Of a stretch of DNA of 64,000 nt, positions 42,737-58,462 are shown piece by piece. The notes beneath the pieces were generated by a model. The model ran no database searches, was not told the origin of the DNA, and saw only the letters and a list, made by a program, of their open reading frames with translations. A program made the translations under genes and the position numbers. Location: the NCBI RefSeq assembly GCF_009914755.1, contig NC_060925.1; one strand, 5' to 3'. The first letter of the stretch is position 1. Each line of letters starts with the position of its first letter. Source of the DNA: the human T2T-CHM13v2.0 reference genome, Homo sapiens.

Positions 42737-43469
42737 GTAAGATTTCTATTCTAAGTGTCTAATTTCATTTTGATTCTCCCTGTACTCGTTATAGAACAAA
42801 AAAGCTCAGTGTCTTTTCATGCTTAAGCTAATCATGGAATTTTTAAGCCTTAAATCATTCGAATGTAACCCACACTGTCTATTTTCTGAAGGTAATATTG
42901 GTATCCTAAATATTAATTGCATAAATGAATATAGTGTTACTAGAGACTTATGAATTTTTATAATGAATGTTCTGTTACAGTGAATGTTCTTCATAGGCTC
43001 AGAGTTCCTCGATTTTAATTGTATGTTACTGGACTTAGTGAATAGACTGTATGACTTGACCTTTAGCTGGGGAAATTGAGAAACTCATTTAGGTTTTCTG
43101 GGTATTAGTTTTATATCTGTGAGATTAAAAAACTAGATTATTTCCTTTTTGTGCATGTAATATGCAGCTGTTTAAAAGCATCCTTTTGAGACTAAAAATA
43201 AATTATGGAGGATAATGTAATTACTATGTACACATCCACTCCCAAATTATCAAATGGTAATATTTTGTCTTTACAAAGTATGTACATAGCTAGAGCCCTC
43301 ATGTAGATCTGTTGAATTTCTTCAGATTCAAAAAAAATGGTAAAAAGGAACATTACAGATAAAGATGAAATTCACTTTCTACTACTCTGATTCCATTCCC
43401 TCCCAGCCTCCTTGTCTAGGGGCAGGCACTGATGAATTTGGTGCATATTTTCCAATTTATGCAATTACA

Positions 43470-43868
43470 TTTTGATAGCCATTAAAGCTGTTCACAAATT
43501 CTTGTTCTTTTTCTTCTGAGCACAAGGTAAGATAGTACTTACCTGTGCCTCTTTGAAGTTGAGAGTGGACTTGTGATTTGCTTGTTGATGAATGAAGTGA
43601 GAGTGAAAATGACATGTATCCCTTCCAGGTGAAAGATTTCAGAGCCAGCATGTGATTTCCTGCTCACACTTCCCTGTGCTAAAGTAATTGGGGAAGTAAC
43701 AGAACCTCTTTCAACCTAGGTCTCAGAGTGACTATAATGAGCAAAACGTCCTTCCTTCCTTACCTTCAGCATGGGATATGCAGCATGAATCAGAAGAAAG
43801 CCTTTTGTTTTGTTATGCCATTGAGATTGTGCAGAAGTTTGTTACCACAGTATCTTGACTAACCTGTA
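43470..43868 (+). mobile_element. Old MaLR LTR (MLT1I/J-like)
   Basis: ctaggtctcagagtgactataatgagca...gccattgagattg...tttgttaccacag. Confidence 0.5.
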
Positions 43869-44259
43869 ATTTTACCATATGTGCCTATATATAATTAATG
43901 GTAGTCTCTGTTTTAAACTTTTCATAAATGGCATTCTAATGTATATTTCATTTAGCAACTTGCTTTTTTTGGGTTAACGCAACATTGTTTTTCAGATCTT
44001 TCCACATTGATATATATAACTCAGGTTCATTGATTTAAGCTACTACATGTAATTATCATGTGAATTTATTACGATTAATGTATTTGTTACTGACTGGCAT
44101 TCAGGAAGCTTTACCTTTCCCAGTATTTCAAACAGTGATGCAATGAATAGCCTTTTAGTTGATTACTAATATACATTTCAACTGTTTCTCCATAACTGAA
44201 GCTCTGAGTCATAGGTGTGCACAATTTCAATGTTACAGATATTGACAACGGGATTAGAG

Positions 44260-45810
44260 GTAACAGCCTTCACAGCTCACATAGAGCCAGGAATAGTGCT
44301 ATTCCCACTAGTCAGGATGATAAACCTCATAATTCATGGGGCATTAGAAGTAATAATCAGAAAGTTTTTGCTCAGGAATGGGGAAAAGTAACTCAAGACC
44401 AATGATGCTCTTGTCCTACCTAACAAAACTTAAAAACAAGACCAGAACGGATCAAAGTGCTTCCTCATAACTTAACCACATCCTGGAACAAAACTCAAGA
44501 ATATTTGTATGCATCCAAAACATCTGACACCCAACAAAGTGAAATTTATGATGTCAGACATCCAATAAAAAAGTAGCAGACATGATGAAGAAGCAGGAAA
44601 ACCTAATGTATAACGAGGACAAAAATCAATCACAACTGGCCTAGAATTGACACAGATGAATTAATAAAAATGGACATTAAACCAGTTTTTATAATAGTGT
44701 TCCATATATATAGTAAGTTATAGTAAAGATTGAACATGGTAAATAGAGACTTGGAAGATATAAAATATCCAAATCAAACATCTGGAGATGAAAATTACAA
44801 CATCTGACATGAAATACACTGGATAGGATTAATGGCAGAATAGACACTGTGGAAGAAAAAATTAGTGAACTTGAAAACAATGATGTAAGTGATCCAAAAT
44901 GAAACACAGAGAGAAAAAAGACTGTAAAACATGAACAGAGTATCAGTGAACTGTGGGACAGCTTCAAGAGCAATTAGAGTCCCTGGGGGTAGGAATAGTT
45001 AAAAAAAAATTAAAGAATTAGTAGCTGAAAAGTTTTAAAATTTTGATGAAAATTCTAATCCCAGAAATCCACAGAGCTCAACCAACTTCAAGTACAAAAG
45101 CATGAGGAAAACTACAGTGTACGTTGTAATCAAATTGCTTACAGTTAGTGATAGAATGTCTTAAAAGCAGCCAGAAAAAAAGTATACATCATTAATACAT
45201 TTAGCGGGACAAAGATTAAGATGACCATAGATCTTGGAAACAACACAATTGAAAAGACTGTAGGGTAACATCTTTTCATTCTTTACCAAAATAAACAAAA
45301 ACACAACAGGTCCACATAGAATTCTTAACCTATTGAAAATATCTTTCAAAAACAGTGATGAAATAGAGATGTTTTTCAGTCATACAAAAGTTAAAAGAAT
45401 CATCACCATTAGACTTGCACTATAAGAAATACTTAAGGAAGTCCTACAAGCAGGAAGAAAATTATAGATGGAAATCTGGACCTACCCAACAAAATGATGA
45501 ATACGTGATATGGTCATTACGTGGGTAAAGACTTTTTTCTTAATATTGAAATCTTTTAAAAGTATAATTGACTGTTAAAAGCAAAAATAATGACATTACA
45601 TTGTGAGATTTGTAACACATGTAGAAATAAAATGTGTAACAGCAATAATACAAAGGCTGGGAGAGGAGAAATGGGATTGCACTGTTTGAAGTCTCTTATA
45701 CAGTACATGAAGTGGTGTGATACCGTTTGACAATTGACTGTGATAAGTTAAAGATGTATACTGTAAACCTTAAATCACCTGTTAAAATCACACAACACAG
45801 AAATCATTAA
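44260..45810 (+). mobile_element. Old L1M 5'/ORF1 region
   Basis: gaaaaaattagtgaacttgaa, cagagtatcagtgaactgtgggaca, aatcaaattgct: ORF1 coiled-coil/RRM remnants. Confidence 0.7.
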
Positions 45811-47209
45811 TTGTATTAAATGATTTTGCCTTGGATTTTGGAACCTATAGTGGTGTTCGTGGAAACAGATATAATTAATAACTCAGTTGATAAAAGATGG
45901 TTACAATTCTTAACTATAACCTTGCAACCAGAGCTTCCTATGGTAGATATGAGGAAATTATTATAGTAAAATAGGATACATTAGGGGAAAAAGTTTTGGC
46001 ACATGCTTGCCTTCAAATTAGACCCAATAATAAACTAAATAGTAGACCATGCAATGACTTTTAAAAGAATTGGGATCAATTGTGGGATATTTAAATTTCA
46101 CAAGGAAAATGGTAATGTAATTAATCCCAAATTCCCTTACAGCCTTTTCTCTGTAGAGTGACATCTACCATTTCTATGAGAACTAGTATGTGAATTTTTT
46201 TATTTTTTATTATTTTAGAGAATTCGTGGCCTTGGAAAAACATGGAAGAAGCTATAGAACAGAAAATGTGACCTCCTTTCCCTACTGTCTGAACTTTTAA
46301 ATTTGTTTCATTATGTTATTTAAATTCTTCCATAAAACCTAAGTTGAGCAAATGCAGATACCTAAGAAAAGGACAAAGAGATTTTCAGTTTTTAAATTAT
46401 TAGTTGATTTATATATGCATTTATTTATTCATTCATCTAACACAAAGCTTCTACCATATGTCATGCACCATGATAGTTGGTGGAATTAGGGAGCTCACAG
46501 TTTAGTAGGGTAGCAGGCATCTAAGCAAATAGATTACGATGTGATGTGATCTATGCAATAATCCGAGCAATGTTCAAGATAGAGAGGTATAAAAAAATAA
46601 AGAATGGTTAACTCTAAGAGAGGATCAGGGAAGCTTCCTGGAGATCATGATGGAGTAATGCATGGACGAATTTGAAAATCAGCTAAAAGGTTCTAGGTAT
46701 CCTAAGGTATGGGGAGTGATCTTATAGGCAAGGGAATTAAATGTGTAATATATGGATACCTGAAATAACTGGATCTCTACAGGGAGCTACAAATATTTCA
46801 GTGTTCTTGGAGAATAAAGAGCTGTTGGGGAAGGGAGGAAGTATGGCAGTTAACAAGGCTGGAGTTAGATATAGCAGGCATTGTAGAGCATGATTACCAA
46901 TCTGGCACTTGGCTTTTTTTGTGAGTAATAGCAAACCTTTGCATTTAAGGCAGTAAACAGGCACAATTAAACTTCTGTTTTTTAGAGATCACTTTATTGT
47001 CACTGTGGAGAAAGGATTAAAAAAAGAAAAAGCTAGAGGACTGAAGAAAGGGGGATGGATTCAAGACCTATTAGACGGGTGGAATTTGAGGATTCCTTTT
47101 ATATGGGAAATGAGGGAGACAGAGTCTAGGTTAATTCCCAGGTTTCCAATTTCTGGGTGTTGTGTGACCAGCTAAAATAGGGAATAAAGGAAGATGAGAA
47201 GTATTAGGA

Positions 47210-49171
<1,962 letters not shown>

Positions 49172-49754
49172 CGTTTTGTTTTTTGGCAGAGATAGGATGA
49201 AAATCGTGAGTTATGTTTGGGAGTCAATATGAAGATATATGTGGCACTAAAGGTTAGAAAGATAGATTGGGGAGTATAATGGTATGGGAGGCCTTTTGCA
49301 AGTCCTCAGATGAGATTATTTTGCTCATTGCTTTCATAGCCCCTCATACTTCCCCTTTGGGGACACCACATTTGTAACTCTTTGTTAAATGTCTAGCTTC
49401 CCCTATTAGATTGTGAGCTCTGTGTTGAAAGGGATCTTACCTGTTCTGTTCACCAAAACATTTCCAGTGCCAAACTTGGAATCTGGCACATGATACGGAA
49501 TACATGGGAATGGGTGTGATTGCCCCCAGAGGAAGAGGGTGTAGAGTGCGAAAAAAGATATTCAGCGGCCACACATTGAGTAACACATGTGGCCACACAG
49601 GTGTTACTGTGTGTGACTCTGCCAGGAAGGCACCCCAAGGAGTACTACCTTACAGCTGTGAGTGGAGGAGAAAGAGCTAGCAAAGGAAATAGAAGAAAGA
49701 GCTTGGACAGTTATGAAGCAAATCAAGAAAGAGTACATCAAGAAAGTTAAGAAA

Positions 49755-50059
49755 GGCCTGGTGCAGTGGCTCAGGCCTATAATCCCAGCACTTTGGGAGG
49801 TTGAGGTTGGTGGATCACTTGAGGTCAGGAGTTCGAGACCAGCTTGACCAACATGGCGCAACCCCATCTCTACTAAAAATACAAAAATTAGCCAGGCGTG
49901 GTGGCAGGCCCTGTAGTCCCAGCTACTTGAGAGGCTGAAGCAAGAGAATTGCTTGAACCTGGGAGGCAGAGGTTGTGATGAGCTGAGATCGGCACCACTG
50001 CACTCCAGCCTGGGCAACAGAGTCAGACTCTTGTCTCAAAAAAAAAAAAAAAAAAAGGA
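49755..50059 (+). mobile_element. AluS-like
   Basis: TSD aagaaagttaagaaa (49740-49754, 50060-50074). Confidence 0.94.
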
Positions 50060-51641
50060 AAGAAAGTTAAGAAAGGGAATGATTAACAGGTTCAAATGCC
50101 CTGAGAATTCAAGTTAAATATGACCTGAGATTTTATGGGCTGATACGAGAATATAACCAGTATTTACAAACTGTTGTTGGCTCGTTTGTTTTAGGGAAAC
50201 AGAATTAAATTGTATTTTATGTCAGCATAAGGAAAAAAGACATAGAATCAAAATCAAGCCTTTTAAAAAAGATTGTTAGAAACTAAGAGATAGCCTTTTA
50301 ATAAGGGCAGTAAAGCCATTTTTTCTCATTTTTTGGAAGAGATGTTGGAACAGTTAGCTGTTCCTTTGGCAATAGTTTTCTTGCGTGTGGGACATGTGTT
50401 AAATGAAAAATGTGTTTCTTTAAATGTTAGCATCACACTTAGTGTGGTGAGATGCTCTTACTCTGAGAGCCGCATGGCACTAAGACCAATTGAGGGCAGA
50501 GAAGTTTAGTGAAATGACAGGCAGAATTGCCCATGCTACTTAAATTACTTCTCTGTCTCTTGCTATATCCATATTTGCTGTATACAACATATTGTCATGC
50601 AGTTCTAATTGAATTTGGGTAAATTAAATGTTCATATGGAGTAACTTCACTATATATTTCAGAGGGAGAGGGAGAGGAACTTGTAGAGAGCAATTTATTT
50701 GTAATTTGTGGATTGCTATGTATTTTTTAATGGGGGCTTTAAACTTTTCCTATAAAATTGCTCAAAACCTTTTATATTCTTTTATTGCAAAAGGTAAACA
50801 AATTGATATGGTTAAAATGTAATTTTACCAGATATGAATGTACATAATATTTCATTGATTTAGAATGTTATATTTGTATTATGTTTCCAGTTATATAAGC
50901 CGTCATATGCATTTGTTGCTTGATGCTGGAACAACTTCATTAGCTAGACAGGGCAGACTATTTTTATTGTTTTATGAATATTCAAGATCTTGTCTTAAGA
51001 TCAGAATCCTGTAACCTTTTCATTTGATATTATTCATCAAAAGTGTACCAAATTAAAAGTGTCTGTGTGTTATGTCAATCTAATCTGATATTAAGGAAAT
51101 ATATACATGAATTGGAGAAAGAAATGGCCTCCTTTATGCATTTTGATGTTTTTGCTGTACCTTCATTTTTTCAGGTCCTTGCTGTCAAATAGGATCTTTT
51201 AGAACTCTTTCTAGGAAGAAAGAAAGATTTTGTAACTTCATTTTTATTTCAGTTAAGTTTTATATAAAGTCTTCATAAAATTTTATATCACAGGTTTTTG
51301 GGTGGGAGGAAATCAAATATGTGTGTGATTGGAAAAGACTACCAAAAACCCCCCAGAATATCATAGGATTTTACAGTGAAACTCCTAATATAATCCCTGT
51401 ACTTTCTATTTTGGGTTACTGTTGATGAAATTAGTTTAATGGAGGTGTCAGCATTAAAAAACGCACTGAAATAGAATAAAAAATGTCACAATGCATTGCA
51501 TATAGTAGGGGTATTAACTTATAATTTTGTTTCAGAAAAAAGGTGTATGTTTATGTGTACCAAGTCACAGAAGTAAGATATATTTCTTACTGTGTTTTCA
51601 AACAATTTGAAAACTCTTTAATTCATTTCGTTATCTTCCAG

Positions 51642-52111
51642 CTTTTGTTACCTTATTGAATGGGGAACAAGCCCAGAACGCAATTCAGATGTTTCATCAA
51701 TATTCTTTTAGAGGAAAAGACTTAATAGTCCAGCTTCAGCCAACAGATGCTTTGTTGTGTATTACCAACGTGCCCATTTCTTTTACATCAGAAGAGTTTG
51801 AAGAACTTGTTCGTGCTTATGGAAATATTGAGAGATGTTTTCTGGTCTATAGTGAAGTTACTGGCCATTCCAAAGGCTATGGATTTGTGGAATACATGAA
51901 AAAGGACTTTGCTGCAAAGGCTAGACTGGAGCTATTGGGTAGACAGTTGGGAGCATCAGCACTCTTTGCACAATGGATGGATGTTAATCTATTGGCTTCA
52001 GAGCTCATTCATTCTAAGTGCCTTTGTATTGATAAACTCCCCAGTGACTACAGGGATTCAGAAGAGCTGTTGCAAATTTTTTCCAGTGTCCATAAACCTG
52101 TGTTTTGCCAG
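51642..52111 (+). CDS. RAVER2: RAVER2 coding exon 3 (end of RRM1, RRM2, start of RRM3)
   Basis: Acceptor ttatcttccag|C, donor CAG|GTATGT; 470 nt; (A)FVTLLNGEQ...LCITNV...KGYGFVEY...LCIDKL...PVFCQ, containing RNP2/RNP1 motifs; phase matches exon 2 (G+CT=Ala). Confidence 0.97.
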
Positions 52112-53024
52112 GTATGTATTTTTAAGAGATTATTGAAATATTTTAAAATATATACATATGTATCTAATCTACATACACTCACAAATTTATCATACCTGTG
52201 TGATTAACACAATGGAAATTTAATTCTGCATCATTCTGTAGGGAAGACTTTGATCTCATGGGAAATTTTAAATCAGTTCCTCTGTTTATGGGCCAAAGTA
52301 TGTTGTTATGTAGTTAAGTATGCCTTAGCAAATCCATTGCTTACTCATTCACCTCATTCCATCCATTCGTCCCACCATTTTTCCATCAATCCATTTATCT
52401 ATCCAACTTTTATTTACCATCTTCTGTGTACCAGACACTATGCCAAGTGTCAGAAAGGCAGAGAATGGAAAGATACTCTATCTCAATACCTCACAATTTT
52501 GTAGAAGAGACGGACAAGTAAGCAAATAATTGCAAATCCTATATGAAGAGTGATATAATGGAGGATAGAAAAGTACTATGAAGTTTAAAAGGAATGTGTA
52601 GTTCTATCTTAATGTGGTCACGGTAGGTGAGACATCTAGAGAAGATCCTGAAAACTGATAACACTGGCGAGACTTTTCAAGCACTTTATCATAGTAAAAT
52701 TAAATACATTCTAATAAATATATATATATATACTATATATAACACTTTTCCTTACAGAGTTTTGATAGCAACTGATCAATTATTTCTCTCTTGTTTCTCT
52801 CCATTTCTTCCTTCTCCGTTTTCCTTTTTACCGCACTCCCTTCCCATCCACGCTCCTTTTCCTCTTACCTCTGTTGTTTCCTCTCCTCCTTTGCATCTTT
52901 TCTTTAATCATACATTTGTTGATTTCCTAGTATTGCAGTAGAAATTTTGGAGTTGGAGTACATATCTATATATGTATATAAATAAATATATTATTTAATA
53001 TTAAATATATATTAAAATATATAT

Positions 53025-53390
53025 TATTTAAGTTGACAGTTAAAATTGTATTTATCATGTATAACATGTTTTGAAGTATATATACATTGTAGAATGGCTA
53101 AATCAAGCTATTTAACATATGTATTACCTCACATAGTTATCATTTTTGTGGTAAGAACACTTAACATCCACTCTCGTAGCATTTTTCAAGAATACAATAT
53201 GTTGTTATTAACTGTAGTCATCATGTTGTCCAAAAGATCTTTTGAACCTATTTCTCTTATCTAACTGAAATGTTGCATCTTTTGACCATATCTCCACAAG
53301 CTCCCACACAAATCACCCCAGCCCCTAGTATCCACTATACTTCTTTGAGATCACCTTTTTAAGCTTCCGCACATGGGTGAAATTTTGCAG
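53025..53390 (-). mobile_element. L1MA-like 3' end
   Basis: aatggctaaatcaagctatttaacatatgtattacctcacatagttatc. Confidence 0.8.
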
Positions 53391-53399
53391 TAATATATA

Positions 53400-53667
53400 T
53401 TTTTAACATTTTTTTTTGAGACAGGGTCTTTCTCTATTGCCCAGGCTGGAATCATGGCCCACAGTAGTCCCACACTCCTAGGTTCAAGCGATCTTCTTGT
53501 CTCAGCCTCCCAAGTAGCTAGGACTACAAGTCCACATTACTATGCCCAACTACTTTTTAATTTTTTTTTTTTTTGGTAGAGACTGGGTCCTGCTATATTG
53601 CCAGGCTGCTCTCAAACACCTGGGCTCAAGTGATCCTCCTGCCTTGGCCTCCCAAAGCTCTAGGATT
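53400..53667 (-). mobile_element. AluJ-like
   Basis: Degenerate antisense dimer. Confidence 0.85.
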
Positions 53668-55396
53668 GGCTTATTGATATGTTCTTCTTGAATACTAAGA
53701 ATTATATTATGTTGTCATCCTGTGGCCTTTATTTGAGGCCTTTGAAGCAGATGCGAAGAGAAAAGCCATTTATCATAAATTGTATTTGAATTGTGAACCC
53801 CCCCGAGTTGGAAGAGCCCTTAGAGATTATCTAGTATAGCTTTACATGTCATAGAAAATATTTGCTACCATATTTTTGAGTGACCATTTAGCTTCTGCCA
53901 AAATACTTCAAAAGAGTGGAAAATTAACTACATCACAAGTCAGACCATTGTGTTTTTGAATGGCTCTCATATTGAACTGAAATAGCCCTCTCTGAAACTA
54001 CTGATGCCGTGGACTTAAAATGATTTTGTTTTTTGAAAGACTTAAAATATTATAATTTATACAGGCATGAAGATCATTATAATGAAATAGAATAGTAAAA
54101 AAAAATTTTTAAGTTTTCAAAAGATTAATAAAGCAGCTTTGGGATGGCTCTTTATCAGTGGGTCTGTTAACCTCAGGCTCTTTTGCATGGTAGATTGGCA
54201 TAGACTGTATTAAAGACACAGCCTCTTAACTTGTGGTCAAGAGACCAAAATGATTAATTAGTGGCTTTTACAAACCTGATTTTAAGAACTGGTTTGGATT
54301 ATAAGAGGAATAGGGTTGTTGGAGACATGTTTAGAAGAGGTAGATGTTTTTCCTTTTCCTGTGTGACTGGAAAAAGCTTTGTGGAGGAAAAGATATTTGT
54401 TGACAGTTTTTAAAGGAAGAAGTAATGTGAAGGAAAAGATAGAAATTTGATCTAAATATACAAGGAAGTAGAAGAAAGTTAAGCTTCAAAAACAAGAGAA
54501 AAGAAACTGAGAAGGACTAAGAAGTGATTTAGTTGTAATATCAGCTTATGAGATGCCACACCCAAATAGAAGTATTGGAAATGTGTCTTCTCAAAGATAT
54601 ACTAAGCTGAATTTTGTGTCATTTATCACTTTATAGCATGAATGTATTTAAGATAATTCAGACGTGTTCAAAACCTAGAAAGGTTTTAGTGTCTTATCTT
54701 GTTCTTATTTTTGCTCTTTGTACCAGTCTTTTCAGATCCAGGACTTTAGTATCTTCCATTACACTCTTACAGGTGGGTGACTGGAAATAAATCAAGTTCT
54801 ACATGGCAGGAGTTTATTTAGGGCACATTCAGAAATAAAAGTTGTGTGTTGCTTATAATAAACCTGGGACACAGTTTTCCTAAATAAGGTTTGCCTGGGT
54901 ATACTTGACTAAATTCCTGGGATCTGCCTAAAATAGTGAAATAAAAATGAAATATTCCTCCTACCTTCTCTTGATAATACTAACTTTATTTTCCATTGAT
55001 GTGTGGTCAAATAATTTGTTCAGTATGTTTCACTGTCCATGTACCTGGTGATTTTCTTTTAAGGAAAGCTATAATTATTGTGTCCTCATGTTTTCCTATA
55101 AATTACCAGTTTATATATTTCTTAATATATAGAGACTATTACCATCTGGGCTTTTACTGTTAAAATAAATTAGAAAATTAAAGAATTGAATAGAAACTTG
55201 ACAGACTCCTATCTTCCTGTCTTCAAGAAGAACTACATCTAAGCAATTAGTAAACATTTTCATAAAGAAAGAATATGTTATTTCCACCAGTATCATGCTC
55301 CAATGCACTTGTTCTTGAATTTGAAAATTATATATCGTAAATAAATGTTTCTAAGTAAAGATCGGAATTACTGTTTAATAGAATGTATTGTATCAG

Positions 55397-55588
55397 CTTG
55401 CACAGGATGAAGGTAGTTACGTTGGTGGCTTTGCAGTGGTTGAATATAGCACTGCGGAGCAGGCTGAAGAGGTCCAGCAGGCAGCAGACGGTATGACCAT
55501 CAAGGGCAGCAAAGTCCAGGTTTCCTTCTGTGCTCCTGGAGCGCCAGGGCGAAGTACATTAGCAGCATTGATAGCGGCTCAACGTGTG
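55397..55588 (+). CDS. RAVER2: RAVER2 coding exon 4 (rest of RRM3)
   Basis: Acceptor tatcag|CTT, donor GTG|GTAAGT; 192 nt, phase 0-0; [17 protein letters not shown]...AAQRV with RNP1-like GGFAVVEY. Exact acceptor slightly uncertain (see findings). Confidence 0.93.
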
Positions 55589-55896
55589 GTAAGTTTTTTC
55601 TCTTTCTGTCTCTTTTTTTAGAGTATAGAAAATTCTAATACTATTTTAATCTATCCAGTCTAGCCAAAGTAATTGATTGTCGATTGCACCATCATTGCAT
55701 TTCCATCACACTGAAGACTTTTCCTTTCTTTTAAAAAAGGTTAGCTAAATGGTTTCCTTGTTAAGTCAAGCCAGAAGTCATTACCAAAAAAAGAAATTGT
55801 GTTTAGTAAAGTGTATTTATCTTGAGAAATTTTTGAAGGAATTTCATTTATTCAGCAAATATTGAGTTCCTCTTGTGTTATAAATTTTGAGTGTAA

Positions 55897-56248
<352 letters not shown>

Positions 56249-56807
56249 TAGAGGAAAATACGTGCCTTTTTGCTTATGTGGCACATTGTACTTCCTTCTT
56301 TATAGTAACTGTCTACTCATTCTTCTCTACTTCTTTAGCCTGGAGGATCCTTGGAGATGGAGACTATACCTTCTTCACAGTTTTTACCCTAGTACTTAGC
56401 ATAGTAAATATTTGTTAATTGAATGAAGGAATACATTTTTGAAGGAATTGGGAAAGACTTTATGCTGAAGGTGACATTTGAGTGTGACAACGAATGGATG
56501 AGATATTGACTTGTGTTGATGAGAAGTGAATAGGATTGCCACAGAAATACAGATTTTTGCATGAGATACTTGTACTAAAATATCATTCATTGTTTATCCG
56601 AACTTAAAATTTAACTGCACATTCTGTGTTTTTACTTGCTGCATCTGGCAACCCCAAAGAGGGAAAGTGAGTAGTCACTCTAGGTGGAACAGAAACTACT
56701 CATACAGTGCTTGAGGAGTGGTAAGTGGTCTGGTTGCAGAGTGAATATGAGGATGCTTGGATGTAGGCTAATGCCAAAGCAAGGAAGACTATTGAGTACT
56801 CAGCCAA

Positions 56808-57885
56808 TTACATAGGTATACATGTGCCATGTTGGTTTGCTGCACCCATCAACTCGTCATTACACTGGGCATTTCTCCCAATGCTATCAATCCCCCAGCC
56901 CCCTACCCCCCGACAGGCCCTGGTGTGTGATGTTCCCCATCCTGTGTCCATGTGTTCTCATTGTTCAGTTCCCACCTATGAGTGAGAACATGCGGTGTTT
57001 GGTTTTCTGTCCTTGTAATAGTTTTCTGAGAATGATGGTTTCCAGCTTCATGCATGTCCCTGCAAAGGACATGAACTCATCCTTTTTTATGGCTGCGTAG
57101 TATTCCATGGTGTATATGTGCCACATTTTCTTAATCCAGTCTATCATTGATGGACATTTGGGTTGGTTCCAAGTCTTTGCTATTGTGAATAGTGCCGCAA
57201 TAAATATATGTGTGCATGTGTCTTTATAATAGCATGATTGATAATCCTTTGGGTATATATCCAGTAATGGAATAGCTGGGTCAAATGGTATTTCTAGGTT
57301 CTAGATCCTTGAGGAATCGCCACACTGTCTTCCACAATGGTTGAACTAATTTACACTCCCACCAACAGTGTAAAAGCGTTCCTATTTCTCCACATCCTCT
57401 CTAGCATCTGTTGTTTCCTGACTTTTTAATGATCGCCATTCTAACTGGTGTGAAATGATATCTCACTGTGGTTTTGATTTGCATTTCTCTGATGACCAGT
57501 GATGATGAGCATTTTTTCATGTGTCTGTTGACTGCATAAATGTCTTCTTTTGAGAAGAAGACATTTGTTGTCTGTTCATACCCTTTGCCCACTTTTTGAT
57601 GGGGTTGTTTTTTTCTTGTAAATTTGTTTAAGTTCTTTGTAGATTCTGGATATATTAGCCCTTTGTCACATGGGTAGACTGCAAAAATTTTCTCCCATTC
57701 TGTAGGTTGTCTATTCACTCTGATGGTAGTTTCTTTTAATGCCCTAGAAGAAAACCTAGGCAATACCATTCAGGACATAGGCATGGGCAAAGACTTCATG
57801 ACTAAAACACCAAAAGCAATGGCAACAAAAGCAAAATAGACAAATGGGATCTAATTAAACTAAAGAGCTTCTGCACAGCAAAAGA
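56808..57885 (-). mobile_element. L1PA with 5' inversion (minus 56808-57737; plus 57742-57885)
   Basis: Minus part ends ...tgatggtagtttctttt; the contiguous upstream L1 sequence is on the opposite strand, ending gagcttctgcacagcaaaaga. Confidence 0.92.
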
Positions 57886-58118
57886 TACTGGGCTTTATAA
57901 CCATGCAACCGGTTGCCTGAAGAATTAGGCCTCACTTATTGTCACCATTTCTTAATTTTCCATTTCCCTCTCAAGTCTAATGCAATGTAGTTTCTCCTCC
58001 ACTGTTCAAGTGAATCTGTTCTCATTAAGTTAACAGGGGTTTTTAAATATTCAGATCTAGTGACTACATTTCAATCTTTTATTGGTTGGTCCCTTCGCAA
58101 CATTTAAAACCTTCTACT

Positions 58119-58462
<344 letters not shown>

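Noticed and set aside
52112-52207. Exon 3 ORF continuing past the donor
   Set aside because: Intronic read-through in AT-rich sequence; a good donor and in-frame exon 4 explain the structure.
52112-55396. Intron 3 as a U12-type intron to explain the weak acceptor
   Set aside because: Donor is GTATGT, not GTATCCTT, and no TCCTTAAC branch box is visible.
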